Shown one piece after another: positions 27,563-28,796 of a DNA stretch of 28,796 nt; positions within the stretch are counted from its first letter, which is position 1, and each line of letters starts with the position of its first letter. The DNA is from Nitrososphaeraceae archaeon. GTDB lineage: Archaea; Thermoproteota; Nitrososphaeria; Nitrososphaerales; Nitrososphaeraceae. The translations under genes were made by a program, and so were the position numbers. The notes under the pieces were generated by a model. The model did no database searches. It saw nothing but the letters and a program-made list of their open reading frames with translations, and had not been told where the DNA came from. The stretch spans positions 1 to 28,796 of the forward strand of contig JBIOZG010000038.1 of the NCBI GenBank assembly GCA_044870765.1, given 5' to 3'.

Positions 27563-27739
27563 CTAGTCTGCTATCATAATTGCATGATATCCAGAACTAC
27601 ATTCAGGACAACATGCATGGTCACATAAACACTCCAGACAATATCTATGGGCATCATAAAACGTACAAATACTATCAGCGTGCAGGCAGTTTTCACAAAT
27701 TACAAATTTTCTACATGGATTCGACTCTAATCTATCCAC
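27563..27739 (-). CDS. Small Cys/His-rich putative metal-binding protein (about 58 aa)
   Basis: CRKFVICENCLHADSICTFYDAHRYCLECLCDHACCPECSSGYH. GTG 27739 lies about 24 nt after a TTAATA element and a T-run follows the stop; the ORF track extends it to 27823. Confidence 0.62.
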   Translation of the reverse strand: MDRLESNPCRKFVICENCLHADSICTFYDAHRYCLECLCDHACCPECSSGYHAIMIAD

Positions 27740-27903
27740 AATTTCAATTGTCCCAAATCGTATATTAAGCTTTATAGGCAAATAATAGAGTGCTAAATTA
27801 TCATCAAAACAACTGAAATCCAAGTTAAAAATATTTTCGCACTGTTATAGACTTGATGTATCAAACAAGAAATAAAAATAATGTTCTTGAGAATTAATGG
27901 ACT

Positions 27904-28796
27904 ATGCGTAGAGATGTTCCCAATATTGACAAAATGGCAGGCATCAAATTATACTCAACCAGATTTGAAGGCATTGGTGGCTCAATAAAGCTAAAAAATG
28001 AAGATTTTAAAGTTCTAGAACTGCTTGTTGACTCTATTTCAAACGACATATCCAGCTTTCCTGATAAATCATACCGATTTCCAGTATTTTTACTACATAA
28101 AAGTGGGTTGGATTCGAATCACGCCATTATTGAGATATCGAATCAGCTGGGAACAAGAATCAAAGTACTTGGAATCAAGGATTCTAAAGCAGATACTACG
28201 CAATATGCTACGTCTGATGGCAAAAAATTTAGAGAAGGCAAGACAACCCACACTAATTTAACTTTGCTTGGATATTCAAGGAAATCATTAAAGAAATCAC
28301 ACATAATGGGAAACCAATTTCAAATAAAAATTTCAAACTTAACAAAAAGTAATATTTCTGAATTTATTACTGAAATACGAAACATTCCAAATTTTTACGG
28401 GCTTCAACGCTTTGGTAGTGAAAGGCTTGTTACTCATTTAGTGGGCAGAGAGATAATCAAAAGGAATTTTAAGAGGGCAGTTGAGCTATTTTTATGTCAT
28501 ACGACAGAGTACGATACCCAATTTAGTAAAGAAATACGAGAAAAATGCAGGGATCCAAACAATTATGGGCGAGTTGTGGAAATTGTTCCAAGAGGCATGG
28601 ATCTAGAACGTAACATCTTACGAGCCCTCATTAATGGTAAGGATTACATTGGCGCTCTAAGATCCGTCCCTATAAACATAAGAAGATTGTTTGTTCATGC
28701 TTATCAGGCATATATGTTTAATCAAACTTTGAGCGGCATTATTGAAGATGGAGAATCAATCAATAATTGCTCTAAGAATGATTTTTGTTTCAAGTT
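27904..28796 (+). CDS. truD: tRNA pseudouridine(13) synthase TruD (runs off the window)
   Basis: Manual translation from ATG 27904: ...GIGGSIKLKNEDFKV...LGIKDSKADTTQY...GNQFQI...IPNFYGLQRFG...LFVHAYQAYMFN; open to the window end and not in the ORF track. Confidence 0.94.
   Translation, partial: MRRDVPNIDKMAGIKLYSTRFEGIGGSIKLKNEDFKVLELLVDSISNDISSFPDKSYRFPVFLLHKSGLDSNHAIIEISNQLGTRIKVLGIKDSKADTTQYATSDGKKFREGKTTHTNLTLLGYSRKSLKKSHIMGNQFQIKISNLTKSNISEFITEIRNIPNFYGLQRFGSERLVTHLVGREIIKRNFKRAVELFLCHTTEYDTQFSKEIREKCRDPNNYGRVVEIVPRGMDLERNILRALINGKDYIGALRSVPINIRRLFVHAYQAYMFNQTLSGIIEDGESINNCSKNDFCFK

Noticed and set aside
28025-28261. 78-aa plus-strand ORF
   Set aside because: Out-of-frame ORF inside truD.

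Overview
AT-rich archaeal chromosomal window whose gene content and order fit a soil ammonia-oxidising archaeon (Nitrososphaerota/Thaumarchaeota, Nitrososphaeraceae-like; inferred, not searched). The left half is a minus-strand LysW-carrier arginine/lysine biosynthesis cluster in two modules: argG-lysW2-argX-argC-lysZ-lysJ-lysM, then hcs-lysW1-lysX-lysK, followed by dph5. Both small lysW genes are missing from the ORF track. One carrier ends in the canonical EDWGE; the other ends in EDWGQ and so lacks the Glu side chain that normally carries the substrate. This is the most interesting signal in the window. Divergent from the cluster is an HTH plus cobalamin-binding-like regulator split by a frameshift in an A10 run, followed by a DedA remnant and tRNA-Ile(GAT). 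The rest is mostly housekeeping (nadK, nob1, TrmB regulator, cdvC/vps4, ppa, ileS, cupin, EF-1alpha, S10, BtuF-like protein, HtrA, CaCA antiporter, Hsp20, partial truD). There are also two Cys-rich microproteins and a partial secreted CHRD-like protein with 39-bp tandem repeats. No mobile element or CRISPR array was seen.
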